Below are positions 18,523 through 26,741 of a stretch of 49,500 bases of DNA, piece by piece. The position numbers and the translations under genes were made by a program. Under the pieces are notes generated by a model. It worked only from the letters and a program-made list of their open reading frames with translations, had not been told where the DNA came from and did no database searches. The DNA lies in the NCBI GenBank assembly GCA_016186645.1, contig JACPLF010000007.1, forward strand, positions 75,151-124,650, written 5' to 3'. Position 1 is the stretch's first letter; every line of letters starts with the position of its first letter. Origin of the DNA: Candidatus Levyibacteriota bacterium (GTDB lineage Bacteria; Patescibacteriota; Microgenomatia; Levybacterales; UBA12049).

Positions 18523-20156
18523 TTATTTTCTTTTGAAAACTACAACCCGTGAATTATTAGTTATTAATTCATATTTTTTATTATTACTTAAAGATTCTAA
18601 ATTTTCATCGATAGCCTTAACATTAGTTAAAACTGGTGGCATAAGCAAATTAACAACAACGTAGTCAGAGGTTTCATTTTCAACTGGAATTGATTTAACT
18701 TTTCCAAAAGATCTATAAATATGGGGAACAATCTGATATTGTGTTGATACTGATGCATCTTTGGGTATTTGGTTTATAACATCATTCAATACTAATAAGT
18801 TTTCATCAGGCAGAGTTTTTTGTCGTCCGATGTCATAAATAGAATACGCATGATAACCGTTAATTGTGTTTGCAGCAAAAGCTACATAAAAAATTAAAAT
18901 TCCAAAAAAAATGTTCCAATGGGGAATAATTCGTTGAACATAATTTTTTTTAGAAATAGACATTAAAGATTCTATAGTTGCAACAACGATAACACCAGTT
19001 AGCGCTGCGCTATAATGTGTCCCGCTAATTCCTGCAAGGTTAGAACTTAACAGTTTTATTAATAAAGAAGGTATAACGATAATTAATGCCGGTGGATACA
19101 AAAATGACAAAAAAGAAAAAGATCCAAACGAAAGAAAAATAGTATCAACTTTGTAGCTTGGGTTTACCAATGTATTAAAGAAGATATATGGCTGAAAAAC
19201 TAATAACTTGATAATCCCCATAAGTCCAGTTCCTTCTGCTGATCCATATTGCCCCCAATGCCCAAAACCTCCATCTGAGAAACGAGGGAATATTAGTTGG
19301 AAACACAAAAAATACCAGAGTAATGACGCTAAGAATGTTCCAATGCCTATGGCCTTTTCTTTCTTAAATAGTACAAGGTAAAAGCTCCAAAACAATAGAA
19401 TGAATGCTACCTCCTCTTTTACGAATAGGCACAATAACACAAAAAGAAAATATAATTTTATTTTTTTCTTCGTATAAAAATAGTACATCCAGAAAAGTAA
19501 CGTAGGCAGAAACATTATTGGATGAAAACCGTATTCAGTGCCATACTGTAACCCTCCGAAGGCAATATAAGAAAAAGCTATTGCCAGGCCGATCAACCTT
19601 GATTTCAGCCTATCATTTACAATAAGATAAAGAGGAATTATCCCTGATATTACAATTCCCGCCTGGATTATCATCAAAAGTCCTGCAGATTTTATAAACC
19701 AATAAATTGGCGCTATAAAAAGAATAATTGGCTCAAAATGGTCTCCCCACACAAATCTTTGGGTATATCCCAAATACGAGGAGTCTGAAATTCCGAAAGT
19801 TGCCAAATGGCAGAATGATAATATGTAAGATCAACTACTTCAGACACGAACGAAACATATCTGGAATATGTAACAACCAGTAAAAATAAAGCATAAATCA
19901 CCAAGCCTATTTTTAACAATAGTAAGATAATTTCCTTTTTATGTGTGTCCATGACTCTGGCAAAAGAGCTAATGGAAAATAAAGCTACTATTAATCCAAC
20001 GACAACAAATAAGATGTAATTTAATTCGACATTTCTAACTATGGTATCAGGGAATTTACGTACCAGATGAAGATAGGAAGGTGGAAGTAAAATAAAAAAA
20101 GAGGTAATAAAAAATATTATTGTATTTTTAAAATTGAAAAGACCCTCTTTTTTCAT
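18523..20156 (-). pseudogene. DUF2079-like GT-C membrane protein split by a frameshift near 19760
   Basis: ORF 19713-20156 (DL.YYHSAIW) continues one base out of frame into ORF 18523-19806 (GDHFEP, FHP, KEE). Confidence 0.7.
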
Positions 20157-20162
20157 AACAAA

Positions 20163-20191
20163 AGTATTTCAGAAGCAAGGAGACATGTCAA
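20163..20191 (-). promoter_or_regulatory. Putative leaderless sigma70 promoter of the first island gene
   Basis: TTGACA-N17-AATACT-N6-ATG. Confidence 0.5.
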
Positions 20192-20210
20192 CATATGCCT
20201 TATTGCTTAT

Positions 20211-21890
20211 TTACACCTCAATCACAACCGGAAGAACCAGAGGACGGCGGCGGAGGTCTTTGAAAATTCTTCTTTCGGCTACTTCTCCAATTAATTTTCT
20301 TATATAAATCCAATTTGTAACTCTTGCTTTGTGAGGGTTAAGCGCTTTATGAAAATCGTGCATCAGCCTTGAATTCAATCTCTTTGAATCGTACGCAGAT
20401 GGAGCAAGTCCTCTGATAATAACATCAGGATTTCCAACCAGCTGCCCGTTATTACTATCCACCTCTGCAAGAATTATAATTATTCCTGCTTCTGAAAGTT
20501 TTTGTCTGTCTCGCAAAACAAAACTCTCTAATTCTTCTCCTGACATTTCATCAACATAGACATTCTTAACCTGTATTGTTCTGCCAAGCTTAACATCTCC
20601 ATTTCCAAACAGGAGTTCCTGCCCGTCTTCCAGCAAAAGAACATCATTTTTTTTATATCCTAATTTTTCAGCCATTTTTTTATATGCAAACATGTGTCTG
20701 AATTGTCCTCCGATTGGAATAAGTTTTTTAGGTTTAACTAAATTTATTAATTGTTCTAACTCATCCAATGATCCGTGCCCTGATACATGAAAATCCCGAT
20801 TAACCGGCGAATAAATAACTTTTACCCCTCTTCGAGTCAATGTATCTACTAACTCATAAACGGAAGTTTCATTACCGGGAATTGGGTCCGAGGAAAATAT
20901 AATTACGTCTTCTTCTCTTAACTTAACATCTCTGTGCTCACCATTGGCAATTCTAGTTAATGCAGAATTTTCCTGTCCCTGGCTTCCTGCAACAATTAAT
21001 GTTAATTTATTGTCCGGATAATTTCTTGATGCATCTATTTCTACTTCTATATCTTTTTTCAAATTAAGATATCCCAAATTTCTTGCCACTTCTGTATTTT
21101 TGACAAGAGAACGGCCTACAAAACAAACTCTCCGTCCGTTTTTACTTGATGCGTCAATTATTTGATTCAGTCTTGAAATATTAGAGGAGTAAGTGGTTAC
21201 AATAAATTTTCCGCGACAATCTCTCATTTCCCGATCAAAATGTTCTGTTAAACCAATTTCCGAGGGCGTTCTTCCTTCTCTTTCTGCTCCCAAACAATCA
21301 GACAGCAAGCACATCGTACCTGTTAGGCCTGCTTTTTCAATTTTCCCATAATCAGTTAATTTTTTATCGTAGGGGGTCTCATCAAATTTAAAATCCGATC
21401 CGTGATAAAAATTACCAACTGGAGTTTTTATAAAAATGTGTGAAGTGTCAGGGATGGAATGCGTTACAGGAATAAAAGAAAAACTAAAGCTCCCAACACT
21501 TTTTTCTGGTTCGTTAAAATTAACAACTTGTACTGTTTTTTTAGTATTAAATTCTTTTAATTTTTCGTTTGCAAATCCGGCTGCCAATGGAGTTGCAAAT
21601 ATTGGAAAGTCGGAAAGCTGGGGCAAAAGAAACGGAAGGGCTCCGATATGATCTTCGTGACCATGAGTTAAGAGCATTCCAGCAATTCGCTTTTTTGCCT
21701 TGCCTGCCGGCAGGCAGGTTTTCAATAAATATGAAATGTCCGGCAATAGCAAATCGACTCCGAGCATCGATTCATCGGCAAAACCCAACCCACAATCAAC
21801 GATTAATATCTGATCGTTGTATTCATACAAATACATATTTTTTGTGACATCTCCGATTCCGCCTAGAGGAATAAAAGATAAGGTATTCAT
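20211..21890 (-). CDS. rnj: Ribonuclease J
   Basis: PLGGIGDVTKNM, THGHEDHIG, GSQGQ, HVSGH, RRPLVLPVVIEV. Confidence 0.96.
   Translation of the reverse strand: MNTLSFIPLGGIGDVTKNMYLYEYNDQILIVDCGLGFADESMLGVDLLLPDISYLLKTCLPAGKAKKRIAGMLLTHGHEDHIGALPFLLPQLSDFPIFATPLAAGFANEKLKEFNTKKTVQVVNFNEPEKSVGSFSFSFIPVTHSIPDTSHIFIKTPVGNFYHGSDFKFDETPYDKKLTDYGKIEKAGLTGTMCLLSDCLGAEREGRTPSEIGLTEHFDREMRDCRGKFIVTTYSSNISRLNQIIDASSKNGRRVCFVGRSLVKNTEVARNLGYLNLKKDIEVEIDASRNYPDNKLTLIVAGSQGQENSALTRIANGEHRDVKLREEDVIIFSSDPIPGNETSVYELVDTLTRRGVKVIYSPVNRDFHVSGHGSLDELEQLINLVKPKKLIPIGGQFRHMFAYKKMAEKLGYKKNDVLLLEDGQELLFGNGDVKLGRTIQVKNVYVDEMSGEELESFVLRDRQKLSEAGIIIILAEVDSNNGQLVGNPDVIIRGLAPSAYDSKRLNSRLMHDFHKALNPHKARVTNWIYIRKLIGEVAERRIFKDLRRRPLVLPVVIEV
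21698..21718. repeat. Palindrome (family C), in frame in rnj (TCLPAGKA)
   Basis: Perfect 16 bp TGCCTGCCGGCAGGCA at 21701-21716. Confidence 0.8.
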
Positions 21891-21958
21891 TGTTATATTG
21901 TTAAATGATTAAATTGTTAAACTATTCAGCAATTTAGCAATATAGCAATTTAACAATT
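21890..21958. repeat. Intergenic 8-mer periodic repeat with inverted arms
   Basis: TTGTTATA TTGTTAAA TGATTAAA TTGTTAAA ... CAGCAATT TAGCAATA TAGCAATT TAACAATT. Confidence 0.8.
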
Positions 21959-21961
21959 TTT

Positions 21962-23008
21962 CTAGGTTGTTAGAAATTCCTTTACATTTTCATTATTAAC
22001 TGTTACCGACTGAGCCTTTCCTTCAACTATCATGCGTGCAGCTTTTCGGCATACTCCCTCAATCGAGCGCTCAAGACTTCTTATTCCCGAATCAAATCCC
22101 AAAGGCCTTATGATAGTTGGCCAGACTGAGTCATTAATGGCTAATTGACTTGTCGTAAGTCCGGTTTGTGTTAAAATTTTTGGAAATAAATATTTTTTGG
22201 CAATAGCTGTTTTTTCTTCGTCTGTGTAGGAAGGCATTTGAATAATCTGGAGTCTGTCCAAAACAGCAGTTGCAATACTTGTAGTATTATTTGCCGTTGC
22301 TATAAGCAAAACTTTGGACATATCAAAAGGATAATCAACGTAATGGTCTGTAAAGGCTTTGTTTTGTTCCGGATCCAAAAGCTCAACCAGAACTCCCATT
22401 ATGTCTTTCCGAAAACTGTCGGTTATTCTGTCCAGCTCATCCAAAAGGATTACGCAATTTTTACTTTGCGCATGAATTAAACTTTTAATTACAAGTCCCG
22501 GTTCTGCATCTACAACTCCGCGGGATTTTCCGCGAAGATCACTTGCGTCTCCCATTCCGCCCAGTGGTATTCTTTCAAACTTACGACCTAAACTTTCTGC
22601 AATGGAAGAGGCAAGAGTAGTTTTTCCAGTTCCGACAAGTCCAACCAAACAAATTATTGGAGAGCGCGAAATGCCCTGATTATTGATATTTAAAATCAAA
22701 GATGACAAATATTCTAAAATTAAGTTTTTAACAGAGGACAACCCGTAATGATTTTTATCCAAAACTTCTTTTGCAGAAGTTAAATCCAATACATCTTTTG
22801 TTTCTTTATTAAACGGCAAAGACAAAATACAATTTACATAATTGGAAAAATTCTCAAAATTAATAAAAGCTCCTTCTGATCTAAGACTTGCCCCTAAAAC
22901 GCTAATTTCCTCTTCCAGTTTTTCGGCAAGATCCGCAGGAAGCTTAGCTGCTTTTATTTTTTCCTCGAGCTCTTTTATCTTACTTTCCAAAGGGGTATTC
23001 GAATCCAT
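21962..23008 (-). CDS. Lon-type AAA+ ATPase without the protease or N-terminal domains
   Basis: LDKNHYGL, GLVGTGKT, LLDELD, LLDPEQN.AF.DHY, SGIRSLER; ends before the Ser-Lys protease domain. Confidence 0.88.
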   Translation of the reverse strand: MDSNTPLESKIKELEEKIKAAKLPADLAEKLEEEISVLGASLRSEGAFINFENFSNYVNCILSLPFNKETKDVLDLTSAKEVLDKNHYGLSSVKNLILEYLSSLILNINNQGISRSPIICLVGLVGTGKTTLASSIAESLGRKFERIPLGGMGDASDLRGKSRGVVDAEPGLVIKSLIHAQSKNCVILLDELDRITDSFRKDIMGVLVELLDPEQNKAFTDHYVDYPFDMSKVLLIATANNTTSIATAVLDRLQIIQMPSYTDEEKTAIAKKYLFPKILTQTGLTTSQLAINDSVWPTIIRPLGFDSGIRSLERSIEGVCRKAARMIVEGKAQSVTVNNENVKEFLTT

Positions 23009-23175
23009 ACTTTATATGGTACTACAAAATCTGACAAATTACACAATGTCAGGACTTTACTTGAAGCAATTTCACCAAACTCATCTCTGAAAATCATAGC
23101 AAATTATTATAGAAAGATTTTGCGGGGTTTTTAGAAACGCTATTTAATTTTCGGAGATTTGGAGATGGGAAGCTT

Positions 23176-23508
23176 TTATATAATAAATAGTGCGCAGATA
23201 TTTTTTAAAACCGCATTTTTAGTTTTTGTAGTTAATTGACCGACGGTCTTTTTTATAATACTCGTGTCTGCTGTAAACAATTTATCCGGTCGAACGTAAC
23301 TGATAACTGGTAAGCCGCCTGTTACAAAATCAGCCGGCTTAAGACAGATTGATATTTTGCTTGTATACGGTTTTGAAGTAATTTGACACAGAATAAGGTT
23401 ATTAAATTCAACGTTCGCCAAAACAAGAGCCGGGCGTACTTTCTGACCTTTTAAATTAGAGAATGGAAACGTAACGAGGACAACACTGCCTATTGTAAAC
23501 TTGCCCAT
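23176..23508 (-). CDS. PemK/MazF-family toxin
   Basis: GSVVLVTFPFSNL..QKVRPALV...CQITS. Confidence 0.9.
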   Translation of the reverse strand: MGKFTIGSVVLVTFPFSNLKGQKVRPALVLANVEFNNLILCQITSKPYTSKISICLKPADFVTGGLPVISYVRPDKLFTADTSIIKKTVGQLTTKTKNAVLKNICALFII

Positions 23509-23729
23509 GCTTTGTCCTCCTCCGGCCGATTCCAGTCACGACCGAGTATTTTCTCTGATAACAATAGCGTATCAGCCACAGATTTATCTTTCGTGGGCGC
23601 TGCAATAATTCGTATCTCACCCTTTTTTACCCGTAATTCAACTTTATCTTCAAGGCCGCTTTCGCTAATCAACGGCTTAGGTATGCGTATCCCGCGAGAG
23701 TTTCCTATCGGAATTAATGTTGTTATCAT
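23490..23729 (-). CDS. AbrB/MazE-family antitoxin (79 aa, ATG 23729)
   Basis: IGNSRGIRIPK; C-terminal DWNRPEEDKAW; overlaps the toxin start. Confidence 0.88.
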   Translation of the reverse strand: MITTLIPIGNSRGIRIPKPLISESGLEDKVELRVKKGEIRIIAAPTKDKSVADTLLLSEKILGRDWNRPEEDKAWASLQ

Positions 23730-23738
23730 AGTAATTAC

Positions 23739-23767
23739 ATTGTATATACCAATAATGGCTTTGTCAA
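23739..23767 (-). promoter_or_regulatory. sigma70 promoter of the mazEF-like module
   Basis: TTGACA-N17-TACAAT directly after the pnp stop. Confidence 0.75.
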
Positions 23768-23769
23768 GT

Positions 23770-26178
23770 TTAATAGTGGGGTTTGCGGAAGCGGGAGCCT
23801 CCCGGACGAGATCCCAAAGCAGCACCCCCCGGAGTTCTTCTGTCTCTCCAGTTGCCCCCGGTTCTGGTCGGTCCTTGGGAAAAACGCTCTCTTCTGAATT
23901 GTCTGGACAAAGGGTGCTCGGAGGGAGTCGTGGGAACAGGGCCTTGTTCTCCTGTTGGCTGAGATAACACATTCCAGGTCCCACGCCTGTCTTCACTTTC
24001 GCTTCGCAGGCGAGCTCGGTCGCCGCCTTCGGCTCCCTGCGCTCCAAATAACATTGATAAGTTAGTTCTTCCCTGTTCGTCGATTTCTACAACTTTAACT
24101 TTAACTTTCTGTCCGATCTGTACCACATCTGTTGGATTGCGGACAAATCCCTCTTTCATTTTGGATACATGAACCATTCCTTCTTTTCCTGGAAGATATT
24201 CAACAAATGCTCCAAAAGGAAGTATTCTTTTTACCTCAGCGTCTTCAAAAATTTCTCCAACCTTTACTTCTCGGGTAATGCCCTTGACCCACTCAACTGC
24301 TTTCGCAACTGCGTTTTCATCTGTTCCTGAAATAGTTACCACTCCTGAATCTTCAACATCTACAGCTGCGCCAGTTGTTGCAATTATATTTTTGATAACT
24401 CGTCCGCCCGGCCCGATAACTTCGCCGATTTTATCAACTGGAATTTGAACTTGTTCTATTTTTGGAGCATACTCTGAAATACCTTTTCTGGTAGTTCCAA
24501 CAACTGCAATCATTTTCTCAAGAATAAATAATCTTGCCTTTTTTGCTTTCTCAAAAACTTCTTTGATTTGTTCTATTGTAAGTCCTAAAATTTTTACATC
24601 CAGCTGAATTGCTGTAATTCCACTATCTGTCCCTGCAACTTTAAAATCCATATCTCCTGAAAAATCTTCAAGTCCCAAAATATCTGTCAATATAACATAT
24701 TTTGCCCCATCCGAAATCATTCCCATTGCAATCCCGGCAACTGGTTTTTTGATTGGAACTCCCGCATCCATAAGAGCCAGTGTTGATCCGCAAGCTGCTG
24801 CCATTGACGTTGAACCATTGGAAGAAAGAATTTCTGAAACAACTCTAATTGTATAAGGAAATTCTGTTTGTGTTGGGATAACAGCCATTATTGCTCTCTC
24901 ACCCAAAGCTCCATGTCCTATTTCCCGTCGCGATGTAAACCCAAATCTCCCGGCCTCTCCAACTGAATATGGAGGCATATTATAGTGATGGATGTATTTT
25001 TTGGATTCTTCTCCTTCTGCAGATTCTATTAATTGTTCCAAACGGGGAGAACCCAAAGTCACAATTGTCAAAGCCTGAGTATCTCCCCTATTAAATATTG
25101 CTGATCCGTGAGTTCTTGGGAGAACCGCAACTTGACATGAGATTGGCCTTATTTCGGAAGCCGTTCTTCCATCAGGTCTCACTCCTTTAACCAAAGTTGT
25201 CTCTCTGAGGTTTTTGAACATTACATATTCAACAGCTTTTGCAATTAATTTTTTATCAAATTCGAAATCTGGAGCCTGTCCTGAGCCTGCCGAACGGGTT
25301 TTTTCTTGTTCAATAATTTTATCTATAAAGTCTTCGGCATCTCCACTTGATTCTTTATTAACTCTGTTTTTAATCATTCCAACGATTTCATCTTTGTATG
25401 ATTTTTCCAAAAGTGCAATTAATTCCTGATATTCTGTGTTTGGCTTAACTTCTTCTTTCTTTGCTCCATTTTTCTTGGCGAAATCTTCAATGAAATTGAT
25501 AATTTTATCGTTTTCGTTTTGTGCTTTTTTAATTGCATCAAGTGCTATATCTTCTGAGACTTGCAAAGCTCCTGCTTCAAGCATCAAAGTTTTACTCCTC
25601 AAACTGGTGACAATTAAATCCAATTCTGAAAGTTCGGATTCTGCAACTCCGGGATTAACAATAAATCCTTGCCCTGAGCCCGCCGAAGGGTCTTTTTCTT
25701 TAACATATCCAATTCTGACTGCTCCAACCGGACCCTTCCAGGGAATTGGGGAAATTGCCAGTGCTGCTGAAGTAGCAACAACCGCTAAAACATCAGGAGA
25801 ATTGTCTCCATCTACTGATAAAATTGTGGCAATTATCTGTACTTCTTTTTTGAATTCTTTTGGAAAAAGGGGTCTGACAGATCGATCTATGAGACGAGCT
25901 GATAAAATCGCGTCATCTGTTGGTCTTCCTTCTCTTTTTACCCATCTACTTCCTTTGATTCTTCCTCCCGCATACAGTCTTTCGACATATTCAACAGTGA
26001 GCGGGAAATAATCAATATCTGATCTTTCTTTTCCCATGACAACAGTTACCAAAACCATGGTATCTCCAAGACGGGCTAGAACAGAAGAAGTTGCGAGTTT
26101 CGCAAGATTTCCTATTTCTAATGTTAAGGTTTTTCCGCCAATCTCTAGGGTTGCTGTAATCTTTTTATTTGTAATCAT
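23770..26178 (-). CDS. pnp: Polyribonucleotide nucleotidyltransferase with a ~90 aa Arg/Gly-rich C-terminal tail
   Basis: FPLTVEY, RTHGSA, RREIGHG, SNGSTSMA, GDMDFKVAGT, KH and S1 domains. Confidence 0.97.
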   Translation of the reverse strand: MITNKKITATLEIGGKTLTLEIGNLAKLATSSVLARLGDTMVLVTVVMGKERSDIDYFPLTVEYVERLYAGGRIKGSRWVKREGRPTDDAILSARLIDRSVRPLFPKEFKKEVQIIATILSVDGDNSPDVLAVVATSAALAISPIPWKGPVGAVRIGYVKEKDPSAGSGQGFIVNPGVAESELSELDLIVTSLRSKTLMLEAGALQVSEDIALDAIKKAQNENDKIINFIEDFAKKNGAKKEEVKPNTEYQELIALLEKSYKDEIVGMIKNRVNKESSGDAEDFIDKIIEQEKTRSAGSGQAPDFEFDKKLIAKAVEYVMFKNLRETTLVKGVRPDGRTASEIRPISCQVAVLPRTHGSAIFNRGDTQALTIVTLGSPRLEQLIESAEGEESKKYIHHYNMPPYSVGEAGRFGFTSRREIGHGALGERAIMAVIPTQTEFPYTIRVVSEILSSNGSTSMAAACGSTLALMDAGVPIKKPVAGIAMGMISDGAKYVILTDILGLEDFSGDMDFKVAGTDSGITAIQLDVKILGLTIEQIKEVFEKAKKARLFILEKMIAVVGTTRKGISEYAPKIEQVQIPVDKIGEVIGPGGRVIKNIIATTGAAVDVEDSGVVTISGTDENAVAKAVEWVKGITREVKVGEIFEDAEVKRILPFGAFVEYLPGKEGMVHVSKMKEGFVRNPTDVVQIGQKVKVKVVEIDEQGRTNLSMLFGAQGAEGGDRARLRSESEDRRGTWNVLSQPTGEQGPVPTTPSEHPLSRQFRRERFSQGPTRTGGNWRDRRTPGGAALGSRPGGSRFRKPHY
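23984..24044. repeat. Two adjacent GC-rich hairpins forming the start of the PNPase tail
   Basis: CGCCTG...CAGGCG and GAGC..GG...GCCTTCGGC..CC..GCTC. Confidence 0.5.
25275..25298. repeat. Palindromic repeat family A, in frame in pnp (RSAGSGQ)
   Basis: CCTGTCCTGAGCCTGCCGAACGGG. Confidence 0.8.
25668..25690. repeat. Palindromic repeat family A, in frame in pnp (PSAGSGQ)
   Basis: CTTGCCCTGAGCCCGCCGAAGGG. Confidence 0.85.
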
Positions 26179-26194
26179 TATTTTTTAGTCACTT

Positions 26195-26229
26195 GCCCCT
26201 CGAAGTTCGCTGAGGCGAACGAAGTGGGG
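26195..26229. repeat. Intergenic palindromic element (family B-like)
   Basis: CCCC-TCGAA-GTTCGC-TGAG-GCGAAC-GAAGT-GGGG. Confidence 0.7.
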
Positions 26230-26232
26230 TTA

Positions 26233-26577
26233 TTATTTCTTTTTCGTTACTTTCCCGAACTTTGTTGCCTTTTTAACTTTTTCCGCTTTCTCAACTTTTT
26301 TGAGAGGCTCTTTATCAAAACCGATTTTCTTTTCAATTTCTGACGACCTTTTTTTATCAACTTTCGTTAAAAAGTTAAGAAGTCTTCTTCTTTTTGCAAT
26401 CATTGATAAAAGTCCGCGTCTTGAGTGAGTATCGTGAATATGATGCTTCAAATGCTCAGTTAAGCGGTCGACTCTGGTCGTCAAAAGCGCAATTTGGACT
26501 TCAGGACTTCCTGTATCTCCCTCTGTCGTCTGAAATTCTTTGATAACCTTTTTCTTTTGTGTTGTGCTAAGCGGCAT
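26233..26577 (-). CDS. rpsO: 30S ribosomal protein S15 with a Lys-rich tail
   Basis: [20 protein letters not shown]. Confidence 0.97.
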   Translation of the reverse strand: MPLSTTQKKKVIKEFQTTEGDTGSPEVQIALLTTRVDRLTEHLKHHIHDTHSRRGLLSMIAKRRRLLNFLTKVDKKRSSEIEKKIGFDKEPLKKVEKAEKVKKATKFGKVTKKK

Positions 26578-26580
26578 ATT

Positions 26581-26696
26581 TTACAAATTAAAAATTAAAA
26601 GTGACAAATTAAAAATTACCGATTAGGGTCAGAAGTTTTCTAATTTTAAGCTTCAACTTTGAACTTTGAACTTTGCACTTTGAACTTTTAACTTGT
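26581..26696. repeat. Heptamer periodic repeat block in the rpsO leader
   Basis: (AAATTAA-like)n arm plus AACTTTG AACTTTG AACTTTG CACTTTG AACTTTT arm. Confidence 0.85.
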
Positions 26697-26700
26697 TTCT

Positions 26701-26729
26701 ATTATATCAGTTTCCCCAAACATTCTCAA
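26701..26729 (-). promoter_or_regulatory. sigma70 promoter of rpsO
   Basis: TTGAGA-N17-TATAAT with TG extended -10. Confidence 0.7.
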
Positions 26730-26741
26730 GCGCTGATTTTC

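Larger units (their letters stand above)
14828..20268. mobile_element. Putative integrase-free genomic island at the rnj 3' end
   Basis: Bracketed by direct repeats 14770-14827 and 20211-20268; carries surface and glycosylation genes. Confidence 0.65.

Noticed and set aside
23100-23145. Possible displaced copy of the pnp 3' end after the MazF gene
   Set aside because: Only weak similarity over ~18 nt with no conserved reading frame; consistent with chance
23730-24047. N-terminal 106 aa of the 185 aa ORF
   Set aside because: Overlaps the pnp tail in another frame; the antitoxin motif and promoter point to ATG 23729
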